Below, piece by piece: positions 38,744 through 51,590 of a stretch of 64,000 bases of DNA. The stretch lies in assembly GCA_000182565.2 (NCBI GenBank), contig KQ257457.1; one strand, given 5' to 3'. The number at the start of each line of letters is the position of its first letter. Position 1 is the first letter of the stretch. The notes beneath the pieces were generated by a model. The model was not told where the DNA came from and did no database searches. It was given only the letters and a program-made list of their open reading frames with translations. The DNA comes from Spizellomyces punctatus DAOM BR117 (Eukaryota). The translations under genes were made by a program, and so were the position numbers.

Positions 38744-41258
38744 TCATTGGCAAGGAACTGCGTTATATTTGAACGATTTCTTCTAAGAGAAATTAGACGC
38801 AAGATGTCACAAAATGGACGGGAAAAGGCTTGTCGAGACCAATGCCTACTTGATAGCCATTCTCCATATGCTGCGGGTAGTACGCCGAATAAGCTACTGG
38901 CGACCAAGGAACCATTGGAGGGGAGAGAGGTGGCTGCGACGGTGTCCAGTAAGAGATCGGGTATGGAGATGCAGGCGCCGGGGGGGTCATGCATGCAGTG
39001 TCGTATGCTGGCGTTGGAACATAGGTTGGAGAGTACATCAACCTGATAACTGGCATGAGCATTGCTGCCAGGTCTGGAGACTGACCAAAGAAATGAAAAA
39101 CTCACACATCATAAGAAAGCCCGTTTGTTTTCAACGGCTGAAGCGGCGGCAGCCGCTTCTTGTTGGACCGGGGACTATGACCGTTCGAGTATTGAGGAAC
39201 TTTCGCACAATCAATGGGCTTGTCGATGAACTGCATGATTTCAGACTCAGAAGATCCGCTTTCCGCATGCGGAACATCACCCTCTCTGCCTAATCCATGT
39301 AACTCGCGCTGGTAATTGTTTTCTTCTGAGCGCCGGACCTCATCCTCAAACTCCTGGAGGAGACGCTTTCCAATTGAAGTTTCAACCTCAATCCCGTCGC
39401 GACTGACTTTCACTTGTTTATTTGCATTCCAAGCGTTACGTAGATGCTGTATCCACCGTACACATGTTAGGAGATGAATGGCATGTTGTGTTGATGACTC
39501 GTGTCTTACCTTCACACGCGAGAATGGCAAGGGATGGCTGCAAATCGATGTTAATCGGTCATTGACAGATCGCGTAGCTAAACCACGCAGAGGTTACACT
39601 CACATGACCATCCAGTTGACTTTGAACGGGGTTCCCCACTTTGGCAGTTGGTATTCGTCGCTAGTCGGCCAGCTTCCATCACTGTTGCTGTAGGGCGGCG
39701 AGTCGAAGGGTGCCTCGCTGCGATGCGGCGGGGGATTGGTGACCGGAACCCACTCGACCGACTCGGCCTGGGCCGGATCAATGCTGGATTCCATCCTTTG
39801 TTTTGACAGGTGAGCATGTTTGCAATAACTGTAAGACATTTAGAAATTTACCTTGCATATCCGTAAAATTCGCCGCTTTTATTAGCACTAAAAATGAGAT
39901 ATACGTTGCGAGTGTTCTAGGTAATACCGTAAGTAAAGTATATATATTGTGCTGCAAGATCCCAAAAAGACAAGTTACCCCAAACGCTTTGTTCAAGATA
40001 GGTTCGTTTTTGACTTGAGTAGCCCAATATCCACGCTCCCTGGCAATTTCCAGGTCGTCCTTGGTGAGAGACTTGAGAATAAAAAAGCGTTCTTCGAACT
40101 TGTATTTCGGCTGCCCCTCAGCGCTGGTGGATTCTTCTTCAGTTATGTTAGCCTTGCGAACGTTTTGCTGCGAAGCGGTTGTTTCCCTCATCACTTCGGT
40201 GGATGCGCGCTGCTTTTCAACGTGATTCTATATCGCAGGATGGTTCAGTCAACGTGACCGATTTTTGCAAATGTAGATGACTTACTTTGCGTGAGCGGCA
40301 AACTAGCATGCATCCGTTGAAGATCGAGTCATTGTACGTCTTGACAGCCATGTCCACCTCAGCTTGTGAGGTCAAATTAATAAACGCGCAGCGAGAGCGA
40401 GTCAAATTGGCGATGCTCTGGGTTGATCAAATGGTCAGGTAGCTCTTACAATAGCTACAGCAGGACAATACTTACTATGATATCGCAGAGGTTAAAATAT
40501 TCTTTGATTTCATTTTCGGTGACGTTGGGCGGTAAGTTGCCAACCCACATTGCTTTGGCATCGTCGTGAGGAATGCGCTGCTGTCTGGATGGAAAATGGC
40601 CACCTCCTTCGCCTCCAGCGTATGTGGACGAGGACATATGGCTACCATACCCCTTTACTGCATCTGCCGTGAACGCCTTTGCTCGCTGCTTGCCGTTACC
40701 CGAATAAACGCATCCGTTATTGTAAGATCCGTAAATGTCGTAGTTAGGCGCCTGATAAACTGTGGACAGGAATCCCTCTGTGTTGTCCATGCGTGGGGTC
40801 ATGTAGGAACCGGTCGGCGAGTTGAGCGAACCGAATGCGGTACTTGCAGTGCCAGGTCCGTTGTACGGAGGACTTGCTGGGATATCATAAATGGTTGAAT
40901 AGTAAGGCCAGTATCCAACAGAATTGTAAGATGGCATATCAGGTGCTGCAATGGGAGCCCGCGAGTTGGACGAGCGACGTGGGCCGAAGAATTGATAATC
41001 AATTTTGGAGCGTTTAATGGACGACGACGGCTTTTTTTCAAGCTCAGCTGGCCTCTGGATTGTTGTCATATGTGACGACGGTGCCTTGGAAACATTTTCT
41101 GACGGATCCGTGCCCACTCTTGTTTCCTTGAAAACTTTATCAGCTTCCGGGTTGCAGATGTGTGGAGGAGTTACTTGCAAGCCCAATCCATGTTTTGTGA
41201 AATCCACATTTTGTGCTGTCTGCCCAATGCTAGACGGTGGTAATGCCTCGCTAGTCAT
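38744..41258 (-). CDS. RRM + YTH domain RNA-binding protein (YTHDC1-like m6A reader)
   Basis: RRM WVGNLPP…CAFINL; YTH RFFILKS…GYWATQ..NE..LNKAF…YLIFSANKSGEFYGYA…WGTPFKVNW…LPF…HLRNAWNANKQVKVSRDG. The last exon and stop are tentative. Confidence 0.88.
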
Positions 41259-42084
41259 CGTTTGTTATCGGACGTTTCAAAAGAACTTATCACAGGCAAA
41301 CATAAAATCCTTTGGGGGATATAGGTGGAGAGGAGAGTTTAAATAGGGAGCGGCTCGATTATAAGAAAAAGCTTCTCTCAGAAGCTACTCGGCTACGCTG
41401 TACTTGAATGGATACCGTAGGGTCCTTGCAAATAAGTTCAGCTCTTTTGGCCATTGTTTAAGAGGTTAACCAACCATGGTTATGGGATGATGTAACAAAC
41501 CCATTTAGGTAACAAAAGTAAACCTCGAGGGCTTTTGCAGGATGCGGGCCATGGAAACTTGGTTGATAATTATGATAATTACGTCCGTTCGTGAAGGGAC
41601 TAAACTGAGAAGGCCGTCACGTCTCGACGACTTCTTACTCCCCCATCCATGTGGCTTCACTCGGATCGTGTCAAGTGATGGCACTGGACAGGAATCATCA
41701 AGGATTGAAAATATAAAAGAGGCTTCGTAATATGCAACCCTGATCGTTGCCCTGTACCGGTCGCTCATTGGCTTTTTACGATATTTCCCAATTCGCACGC
41801 TGGATGGACGTACCTAGGCGAAGCCAATTCCTGCAATCGCATGCAAATATGATGATAGTGAAATGCGCCCAAATTCAAGCCGAATTCTGCATTTAACCCG
41901 CAGGACAAGGTTTTTTTTTAACGTAAAGTCACAATATAACAATAACGAGAGCAATTCCTAGTTTCAGCAGCTAAAGATTTAGAACATTCGACATTCATTA
42001 ATCCTGGATCTGGATGATGACCAATCACACAAGCGGCCGCTCTGTGACATCTGCCAGTCGATTGCATTGTCAACACAAAACACA

Positions 42085-42903
42085 ATGGCCAGTCCTGCAT
42101 CCCCAATTATTGTCCACCACCTGAACAACTCGCGTAGTCAGCGCATCCTTTGGCTGCTTGAAGAACTTCAACTGCCGTATGAGATCAAGCGATACCAACG
42201 GAATGAGGACCAGCGGGCTCCTAAAGAGCTGGAGCAGGTAACCACCCAAGCATACAGTCATGTACTAGTATACCTCGTAAATGGACGTTATTTATAAATG
42301 TGTGATTCAAGGTTCATCCTCTCGGAAAGTCACCTGTCATTACTGACGGGAGGCACACGATAGCCGAGTCTGGAGCCATTGTTGAGTATCTGGTAGAAAC
42401 GTACGGGAACGGACGATTGCGGCCAGCTGTAGGCACGGATGAAAGGATTCTCTACACGTACTGGTTGCACTTTGCTGAAGGTAAGTTCATACCGCAGAGT
42501 CGCGCTCGCAAATGTCTCGGTCCAACTGAAGTTCTTACAAAACCAAGGAAGCACAATGCCCCCTCTCCTCCTCACCCTTGTATTTGGTCATGTGCAAAAA
42601 TCAGTTCCGAGGATCGTCAAACCCGTTGCAAAGGCCATTGCCGGTGCTGTGCACGAAAAGGTCATCGACCCAGATCTGACGCGCATTTTCAATTACATTG
42701 AGAAAGTGCTTACGGAGCATGAATGGTTTGCGGGCAACGAATTTACGGCTGCTGATATTCAAATGAGCTTTCCATTGGAAGCTGCGTCACACCGAGCCCC
42801 CAAATTCCTGGGTCCCAAGACTAAGGCCTTCCTCACAAAGATTCATGACATGCCTGGGTACAAGAAGGCATTGGAGAAGGGCGGGAAATACGATTATGCG
42901 TAG
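42085..42903 (+). CDS. Glutathione S-transferase (Gtt1-like)
   Basis: HHLNNSRSQRILWLLEEL, VHPLGKSPVI, AESGAIVEYL, WLHFAEGS and FTAADIQMSFPLE; two introns. Confidence 0.94.
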
Positions 42904-43204
42904 CGTCTGCTTATTAACAAACTGATTCCGATTTTTGGTTTAGTGAATATGTTTGATCATCACTGTACGTAGGTATCGATTATAGCGGGCATATAAACCG
43001 ATTGTTACCAGTATCTCTAGAATATAAACATTCTCATCAGATACAGTTCATACCAGGATAGATTCGCAACTTCTATTATATAACTTGCAGCACATATCTA
43101 GAATGCTACGTCAACCATCCGCTCATCAAGAAAGGATAGTACAGATTCTCCTGAACATGAGTTATATCTCTTGTGTATTTTGTGCTACGAGACGTAAAAG
43201 CGAA

Positions 43205-43277
43205 GCCCGGTTAGCTCAATCGGCAGAGCGTGAGGCTCTTAACCTCAAGGTTGCGGGTTCGACCCCCGCATCGGGCT
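43205..43277 (+). tRNA. tRNA-Lys (anticodon CTT)
   Basis: Cloverleaf with acceptor GCCCGGT/ATCGGGC, anticodon arm TGAGG-CTCTTAA-CCTCA and T-arm GCGGG-TTCGACC-CCCGC; T-run terminator about 20 nt downstream. Confidence 0.97.
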
Positions 43278-43558
43278 GTAGATAAGTAGAACTGGTGATT
43301 TTTTTTTTCAACCTGCACTTATTGTATTTTTCGCGAGTGGCCGTCGTCAATCTGACAGTCAGAAAGTGTCGCGGCGGCACCTGTGATAGGGTAGGTACTA
43401 CTTTTATTTCGAATGTTCAACATGAAAAAAAATGTTCCATAACCACATACAAAAACGTGAGAAAAAAATCAAAGGATCACTACACGCCACCTAAAAATAT
43501 AACTATGTACAGAATATTCTCGCACCAAGGGATGCGATTACCGATGATCCATCATCGT

Positions 43559-45044
43559 CTAGTCAACCGAAACCACGGTCCCTTGTCCACTGATCCACTC
43601 ATGTCGCAGCACGTCATCCATGGTAGCACGTTTGGCCACATTCGGTTCTAATAGACAACTCAGAAGCCCAAGTAAAGGAGAGCTCCGCGAGAATCGCGGT
43701 GTAGCATATCGTCCCGTCATGATGCCGGCAGCATCCTTAAATGGTGTCTGGGAGAAGGCTAGTGTGTAGAGCAACACGCCTAGAGCCCACACATCCTGTT
43801 CAGGCCCCCGGTATTTTTCTCCACGAAGTATCTCTGGGGCGGCACAATGCATCGTTCCATAAAATCGATCAAAATAGTCGCGTTCGGAACGAGGTATGAA
43901 GGCAGCGTTACCGAAATCGATAAGCTTGACGTTCTTGTAGAGATCAATGACAATGTTCTCGTCCTTTATGTCGCGATGCACAATGTTGTTTTGGTGAAGA
44001 TACGCTACCGCTGTAGCGATTTGGGAGAAGATGTGACGAACATCGCGCTCTTGCATAAAAGGATTTTGCTCGATGCATTCAAACAAGTCCTGGGAAGCAC
44101 GTCGACTGGGTCTTCTTGCTTTGAGTGCAGCCGCAGTAGTTGTTGGTGAGGGCACTGTGTTTTCGTCTTTGAAGTTCACCCATGGTATACCATGTGTTTC
44201 CATCACCAGGTAAAAGAACTATGATAGGGAGAGAAATAAGTAAGATGTCATCACAGTTGCTGGGGGATGTGAAAATTCGCCTTACCTTCTTGTCTTCATA
44301 AAAGTCTAGATAACGGACAATGTTCTCATGATCCAGTCTCTTTAAGATGAAAATCTCTAGTGGCACGGTTCCCAGCTGCCGATCCCGCAACCAATTTTCC
44401 ACGGGTATTCTGTCCTTGAACATGAATTTAACCGCCACCGCCTGACCGTCCTCCAGCCGCCTCGCCGCCACGACAAATCCCGTCGCCCCAAAACCCAGCT
44501 CGCCCTGAATAGAGTACTTTGCCAAAAAGCGAGGGTGAAGTGGGTTGTTGGCAAATTCTCGCTCACTCATTGTTTGTGGTGATGCTGTATTTATTGGATC
44601 TGGTGCAGACCGGCCATAAACCGAGAACGACCGGGGTGTGGATACCTCAGTTACCTGATAGCTCCTGGGCATGGGTATACTGGTACGGGTGACGGTACAA
44701 GGTGCAGGTAACGGTGCATCTTCATCTAGCGACAATCCAAGACTGGAGCTACGTGGTGGCGGTGTTGCGCGTTCGGCAGAGCTCGGGACACCCGAGTAGT
44801 AACCTGAATCCACTCTTCTGCATTCCGGGGCTTGTACGCGGACACGACGTCCTGTCTGCCCGTTCTCAGAATGTAATGATTCTAGAGGATTTGAACTTAT
44901 CGCGGTAACGTTGGCATGCAGGACACGAGCGGCTCGTTTGCCCTCAGTTGACTCCAAGGCGCATGGATTTGCAGATGGGAGGACGGATTTTGCAACTGCT
45001 CCGTATGCGTGCATGCTGTTTGAATGAACCGAGACAACCGTCAT
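43559..45044 (-). CDS. Ser/Thr kinase with PAS-kinase/PIM-like catalytic domain, no PAS domains
   Basis: GELGFGATG, VAVKFM, WLRDRQLGTVPLEI, HRDIKDEN, IDFG, APEIL.GEKYRGPEQDVWALG; one intron at about 44220..44286. Confidence 0.92.
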
Positions 45045-47879
45045 GTTTACGTGGGATTGAAGGCAGTGTAAAGGAATGATAGGCTTTGTCGGAGTTATGA
45101 GCGGCAGACGGATGAATATTGGTCGAGAGCAAAATCAACTGAGAGCGGAACGAGAACCGCCGAAGGTTGCCAGATGCGGATGAGAAACCCTGTCACGCAG
45201 CAAGCGAACTGAGCAAGATGTGGGGAAGACGTAAAAAACGATGCCAATATAAGGGTCGCGAGGCGAAGCAGGCGGGATCAACGCTGGATTTCTAAAGTTT
45301 GAACCGGACCCAGAATTAGCAGATATTCTAGAGTTGTCCAGTGGTGCCACACTGAGTGATTGATGGTGCTCAATTTTGGGCGGACATTAAGAGTCGCCCG
45401 TCACTAAAAATAGCATAGTTTCCCATAAGCAACTAAACCCAAAAAGTAAGGGTTCAATTTGGCATCCACCATTCATTTTGCCCATATCGCCCACAGTCTC
45501 CATTTCACTGACCAAACCTCGACATACCTCTATCACAAGTGAACCCGCACGTTCTATTCTTAACGTGAACCGTGGTCGGTGGTGGTGAGGAGATAGCTAT
45601 GTTAAGTTGCCTTCACCAAGGCGAGCGAGGTGATGGGAGGACCAACAGGACGTTTAAAGAGACGGAATCCCTTTTATGAACTTTGAATTCGCTCAACAAC
45701 AGCGTGCCGAGTTGACTGGCAGGGAAGGGTGCGCGGTCGATATGACGCAGGGCCTACTGTGATTTTTTCTGTTTTTTAAAGGCCCAGCCGGCGGGCGTTT
45801 ACACTTGAACACGAGGCAGCCCTGATATCGATCTATCTTGCAAATGCCATCGAAACTCAAAAAAGAAACCTCTAGGGAAAACAAGAAAACGCAGAAGGAT
45901 GAAAAGGTCGAAGGCGAAGGCAAATCCCTCCGAACGCAGGTGACCACGTGAGTTCATTGCCAAACAAGTTGTTTTATTAGTGTCATGTGAATTAGAAAGG
46001 CGATCATTCGCTGAATTTGGGAATTTTTCATTCATTTTCAGCCAATCACTGTACTTGCATGTGATATCATGTGGGGTCATGGGATGGTTTCATTGCTTCA
46101 AAAGCCCCCCTTCGATCTGTCTCTCCAGCATTTTTGTGTGTTTGACCCTCTCCGGATCCTGGAGGGCCATTTCGTTTGTCGACGTACTAAAGTCCCTCTC
46201 CTCCAATCTACACAACATAATCAAGACGAGACAGACTTGGGTACATCTTGTATGAAGCAGGTTTACTATGCTCAGTAGTGCTTCCCTCTCCGCTGGGTCT
46301 TGATTTACCTGCAAATGGAGTACGGCCAACGATATAGGCACACTGTTGAACGGAGGGGAAACGGTGTAGTATGACGATGGTCGTTCATTTTGCATTGATT
46401 CATGGGATGCAGATATTCTCGCCTTGTCTATTGTTGATGCGACATTGTTGTTGTTTCCTTTGCATCAATTTGAAGCAAACAAGGTACACAGAGCAGCGCT
46501 TTTGTTTCGCACTACTGCTTTTGTTCAAAATATAGGTTTGCAACACAAAGTCTTCCAGCAATTTAGGCATCGCTCGGTTTGCCCATGTGCTTTGCGGTGT
46601 TGTATTATGTTGGGACATCTCTCAAACACGAAATATACATGACTAAGAAGTACTGCTTCCTTCTTTCTCATGTATATTTCTTACTTTGAACGTTTTGCGA
46701 GGTCAGATAGCGGCTTGAATCCTTTCTTGTACTCTAGTCGTTCAAAATCCTTGCAATATGGACATGTTCAGCCAGTGCTGTTCTGCGCCCCTCGATGTCT
46801 TTAGTGCGAGTGGCGCTTTGAATGCCTGGCACATTCCTCTTGACAGTATAAACCAAGGATGGGGTACGGAAATGAGCTTAGGTTAGGACATCAGGTAACT
46901 CGATAGCGGGTTGTACCACCGTCAAAGTGACTGCAACACCAGCATCAGGAAGCATGTCTTAGTCTGTAAAATGCGCGGCTATAGGTCGAGATACAACAAA
47001 GAGTAGCCAGTTGAGTGTCTAGGTGAAGACATTGCGGGATTGTTTTCAATAGTAGTGTATTAGGTGACCGAAACTGGCACTAGCTACTACACCAGGGAAT
47101 AAACCGGCGACAACCGGTTCGGAAAAGCTAACTAACTAAGCTACTACTAGGCAATTATACACGCAATACGTAACGGTTGTTCTAACCGGATAATTGCCCA
47201 CCACCACACGCGGTCCCTACTAGGCCTTGATCCAGAACTCTTGATGGCATTGAAGCCAGAGTCTTCGCAATATTGGGGAGACTCGCAAGCTGGGGGATTT
47301 TCAGTGACAAGGCTTGGAGACTAAAAAACTGCATGTCAGAAGATGACCAGATGATAAGAAATGATGCCATCGGTACATACCAAGCAAGCTCAACTAATGT
47401 GGCAGCATAATAGTAGGTTTTGTTATCGGATCCGATTGGTTGCCGCTGGTTCTGATCACGGTTGCTGTCGGGCGGTCAAAGAGGGCAAAGGCTCCCTTTT
47501 ATAGACCTTTGGCATGCGCCTCACCGCAGTTTAAAAAAAAAAACATTACAATACATGCCACGCCGCTTTGAGCGTTAGATGGGGGTGCTGATTATGCGAT
47601 ATGATTAACCGGATTAATCCGCATAATATTGGTCCTAGTGACATTTTCAATCACCTCCACACTATGTGCCTCACGGTTGTTATACCTAAATTTGTACAAT
47701 CTATGCCAAAACGTGTTGAGATTCGGGACCGTAACTCCCGCAATGGGCATTTTTCAGATCACTCTTTTTATGCGGAAACAACGATATGTGCGATCAGTGT
47801 GAATGGGCTGAGAATTGGGATCATACGAAAACGCATACAGTAAAAGGTTCGGCTAAAAAATTCCGTTACTAGGGAGGAA

Positions 47880-47952
47880 AGCCCGATGCGGGGGTCGAAC
47901 CCGCAACCTTGAGGTTAAGAGCCTCACGCTCTACCGATTGAGCTAACCGGGC
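47880..47952 (-). tRNA. tRNA-Lys (anticodon CTT), second copy
   Basis: Reverse complement is identical to 43205..43277 except one D-loop base (GGTAG vs GGCAG); T6 terminator downstream. Confidence 0.97.
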
Positions 47953-48118
47953 GACACTAATTTAAGGGGTAGAGATATTGAACAATGTAGATGACATGTA
48001 GGAATGGCAACCTGCGAAATAGCAAATTGGGGGCAACTGGATCTGCCATCTTTACGTTCATCATGAACACAATGTATATTGTTGGGCACAAGCTTTGGCA
48101 TGGGGAAGTTACATCGAA

Positions 48119-48660
48119 TTATCCCAGATGCAATATCGCATCCACAAGATCAAACCCGTTATTCCTCAAGGCCTTGATGGCTGTATTCCGATCTACACCC
48201 AGTTGTGCTATACATATACAGTCAGACCACAATTTTCATGACGGTATATTGACAATGCATTAGTTGAAACAATACCCATCAAAACCTCAATATCCCTTGG
48301 ATGACACCCATCTGGATTTTCATCCCTTGGTCCAAGGGCTAGGAGCGTCGTACAGACTGGGAAATCTGCGAATGTGCTTGTTGGAGATAGTTTACGTCCT
48401 GCGTGGACTTTTCTCATATGAGCCGGAGTGCTTGAGATTTGAGCTTGGAAGAGCTTACTCAGAGTCAGTTTTGTTGGTGGGATTTGGAGCGTTTTTGATA
48501 CTACTGGGTGGATGAGGGCTGTTGAGTGGTGGCAGAACTGAAGGTTCAGTTAAGCAGGGATCATCGTATGAATCCTCAAGAGAACGACTGGCGCAGCCTG
48601 TACCTCTTGAATATCCTTGCCGTGCTTGACACGTACAGTATGCAAGGTTTCGGCGGACAT
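48119..48660 (-). CDS. 118-aa ubiquitin-like + UBA (NAC-alpha/HYPK-type) protein, four exons (only a fragment appears in the ORF track)
   Basis: Exons 48660-48604, 48537-48459, 48407-48276 and 48207-48119 sum to 357 nt, all GT-AG. UBL TVRVKHGK…LQIPPTKLTLIHAGRKL…LLALG; UBA DIEVLMAQLGVDRNTAIKALRNNGFDLVDAILHL. Confidence 0.85.
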
Positions 48661-48799
48661 GGTTACGCGGTGGATGAACACACGCTCCTTGGTTAACTCA
48701 CGAGGCTCTGATGGGGGCTGACGTAACAAGCTCCGACTTTCGACGGCATGCTGGAATTACACCACGGAACTGATCCAACAGATAATTCATCAATAAGCC

Positions 48800-51590
48800 A
48801 TGCCAAACTACAAACCCCTTATCCAACACTGCCGCGCCCTTTTATCACTTCACCACGACTTTGCTCGAAAATCCTTCGGGACTGGTCTAGCTGGAATACA
48901 TGATGTAGGATCGACCAAAACCGATGTGCAAACTGATGACGACGGGATTGGATTGGACTTTAAAAACCCAGTTGTGAGAACTGAGGAAGAGATTTTGGAT
49001 GATTACTGTAAAGAGCATCAGGTCACAGATGACGCTGAGCGAACGTTTCTGGAGGAAGTTTTCAATGGGTGCGTGAGACAGCGGAAGGCATTAGAGGTAT
49101 TTTTTGCCTTGCATTCGCTGGTTATGTAAAATGTTCATTGAAGTTATTCTGTATGATATTTTTATGAAAGGATAGGTAGCACTTTTTTTGTTTTATACAA
49201 CAACGGGAGGACGGTACCTTCGAAATGAGTACAATCTCTTTGCAGGTTGGATGGCACCCGCTGAATTTCTACCCTTAATCCGGCCTAATGTAATTACCCC
49301 TCAGCACTGTTTTACCTGGCACTCTTTCGCTTGGAAGATCTAAGTTTCCCGAAGCTCCGCGCCATTCTATTGTCATATGATCCCGCAAAGATGGCACGAT
49401 TTGTGGGGTTCCTATTTGATGATGCTATGCTGCAGGGAAAGCTACGGGAAGGATGGGCGGAGATTTTGGATGCAGAGTGGGTAAAGGTACGGTATTAGGA
49501 GGACCGGAGTCCATGGAGGGGTGCTCACGTTTATTATCGATCCAGGAGCGGATGATTGATCCTCTTTTGAGGAACATGGAGAATGGCATAAGCCTTGCTG
49601 GAGAGCTGTGCGACAAGGCGGAAAAGGGAATGGTTCCGAAGAAGGGAACAAAAGCTCCTACAGGTATTGTATCTCTCCTCTGATCTGCGTAAAAGACGTT
49701 TCTCATGTTTCGGTCGGCTGAACAGAACCGGAACCGTTTCTACTCACACGACCAAGGCCGAGAGCATTACCTGAACCAACTGAAATAGTGTCCAATGTGA
49801 TGAAGGTACGGTGTTATCTGGCGCGTTCGATTATCCTTCGTCACTGATCGATGATGGCAGGCTCGTCCTGTTCCGAGATCAGTCTATCAGGGAAGCGGCG
49901 AGCGCGAAGCGCTGGAAAAGATTAAAGCTGAAAAGCGGGAGCAGTTACGAGTATGTGATTTTCTCATTCCTGAAATTACGCAGAATTTGCTACTTACAAA
50001 ATAATGATGAGTATAGCAAATCTATCTTAAAGCTTCTCAGACCCAATTCAGTGTCGCAATCCGCAAACCGTTGTCCAAAACCGGAACTCTTCGGGAAGAA
50101 CAAAACTCTCCACCCCCGCGCACCCACCTGCACAGACCAGTACCCGCGAATTTGCGCAGCCACGTTCCCGTCAAGCTCACCGCTGCTGCTATCTTGCGTG
50201 AAGATGCCTTAGTGAGACGGCAAAAACAGGAAGAAGAAGCTTGGCTAAATGAAGTGGAGATGGGATTGAGAGATGGTGGGGACTTTAAAGAGTGGAGAGA
50301 GGACGCGAGAGCTAAAGGTAGATTGAATTCTTCGGGACTTGTTCAAACTGGTTGTGTATTGACGCGACTTAAAAGAACAAGAAGAACGTCGAATCGAACT
50401 GGAACGACGACACCTGGAAATACAGCTCATTCATGAAGAAGCCTATGAGGCAAAGCAAGAACTTCTCAAAGAAAACCGGTACGGCATCACTTAACCATTT
50501 ACTTCAGCGCGATAAAATCTAATTGAATATTTAGGGAACGTGCAGCCGAGATTCTGGCAGAACGAGAATCTCTCCGCATGCAGGCTGAAGCTACCCGAAA
50601 ACAACAGGAATTGCTCAATAAGAAAATAGTAGAAGAAGTGCAGGAGATCCAGGAATGTGTACAGAAGGCGAAACAAAAAGTTGTTGAGAATAACTCGCGG
50701 AAGGGTACGATGCCATTCGTTATTTCCCAAAGTCAATTAAATCATTGACGTTTCTCTAGCGGCGGAGATTATCCAGCAAAAAGTGGCCTTAAAAGAACAA
50801 GCAGAGAGAGATGCAGAAGAGGAACGAGCACGTAAAGCTGAACTCATTGCACAGATTCGACTGTTGGAGCGGTGCGTGCCGCCTGTGGGATCCATTGTGA
50901 AAAGTGTTGATCCCACCGAAACGTCCGGATTGGGATTGCTAGGTGAAATGTCACTGGTGGAGGTATGTGGGCTGCGCTTAAGACTCCCTGAACTTCTGGA
51001 CTCACGAGGGATGATTCTGGCAGCTCCAAGAACGTCTGGTGCTTGCTAAGCACCATCACCAGGAACAAGAGACTCATCGGCGGCAAGAAATCCGGACACA
51101 AAAGCAGACCCGACTAGATCTCATCACTCAAAAGCTCGCTGAAATTGATCGCGAACGCGAAGAGCGCCGGCGAAGGCGGAAGCAGCGCGAGAGAGAAGGA
51201 GTATCACGCTCTACATCTGCGTTAAGCACTTCTTCTGAGGATACAAGAGACCGCGAGACAGACCCGGTTCTTCTTCAACTGCGTAAAAAGCTCTCAGCCA
51301 AACGAGCAGCCAGACTGGGCGCATCTCAGAAGCGTCCTTCACAGACCCTCACGACCCCATCTACGTCACGTCCGTCACTGGGATCTACCACCCCTTCATC
51401 ATTAGATTGGCAGGAACTGGATGATGCTGAGCGAGAATATGAGCGCAAACGGCGGGTGCTTGATCAACCACGGATAAGAATTTTGAAAGAGATGGAAGGG
51501 GAGATGGATACTTTGAGTGAGGGAATAGACGAGGACAATGCGAATACTGAGTCGGGCTGGGGAATTGAGCCGGTTGCCGTGGTCGTTTGA
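48800..51590 (+). CDS. CFAP99: Cilia- and flagella-associated protein 99
   Basis: FLEEVFNGC, YLALFRLEDLSF…KMARFVGFLFD, PEPFLLT.PRPR, VKLTAAAILRE, ELIAQIR and GLLGEMSLVEL.ERL match recalled CFAP99 motifs; coiled-coil. Confidence 0.8.

Noticed and set aside
43085-43285. 66-aa ORF ending ARLAQSAEREALNLKVAGSTPASG
   Set aside because: It is a translation of the tRNA-Lys gene.
46510-46770. Minus-strand Cys-rich frame TCPYCKDFERLEYKK… preceded by an in-frame TGA (possible selenoprotein or glutaredoxin)
   Set aside because: A TAA lies about ten codons further upstream, there is no start or acceptor, no glutaredoxin fold follows, and I see no SECIS; treated as chance or a decayed remnant.
47080-47150. 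Short repeats (agctactac twice, ctaactaactaa) and an aaccggtt palindrome
   Set aside because: Low complexity, with no regular repeat-spacer period, terminal inverted repeats or transposase; not CRISPR or a MITE.
48661-48799. RFX X-box upstream of CFAP99
   Set aside because: Best candidate (gctccttggttaac) fits the consensus poorly.
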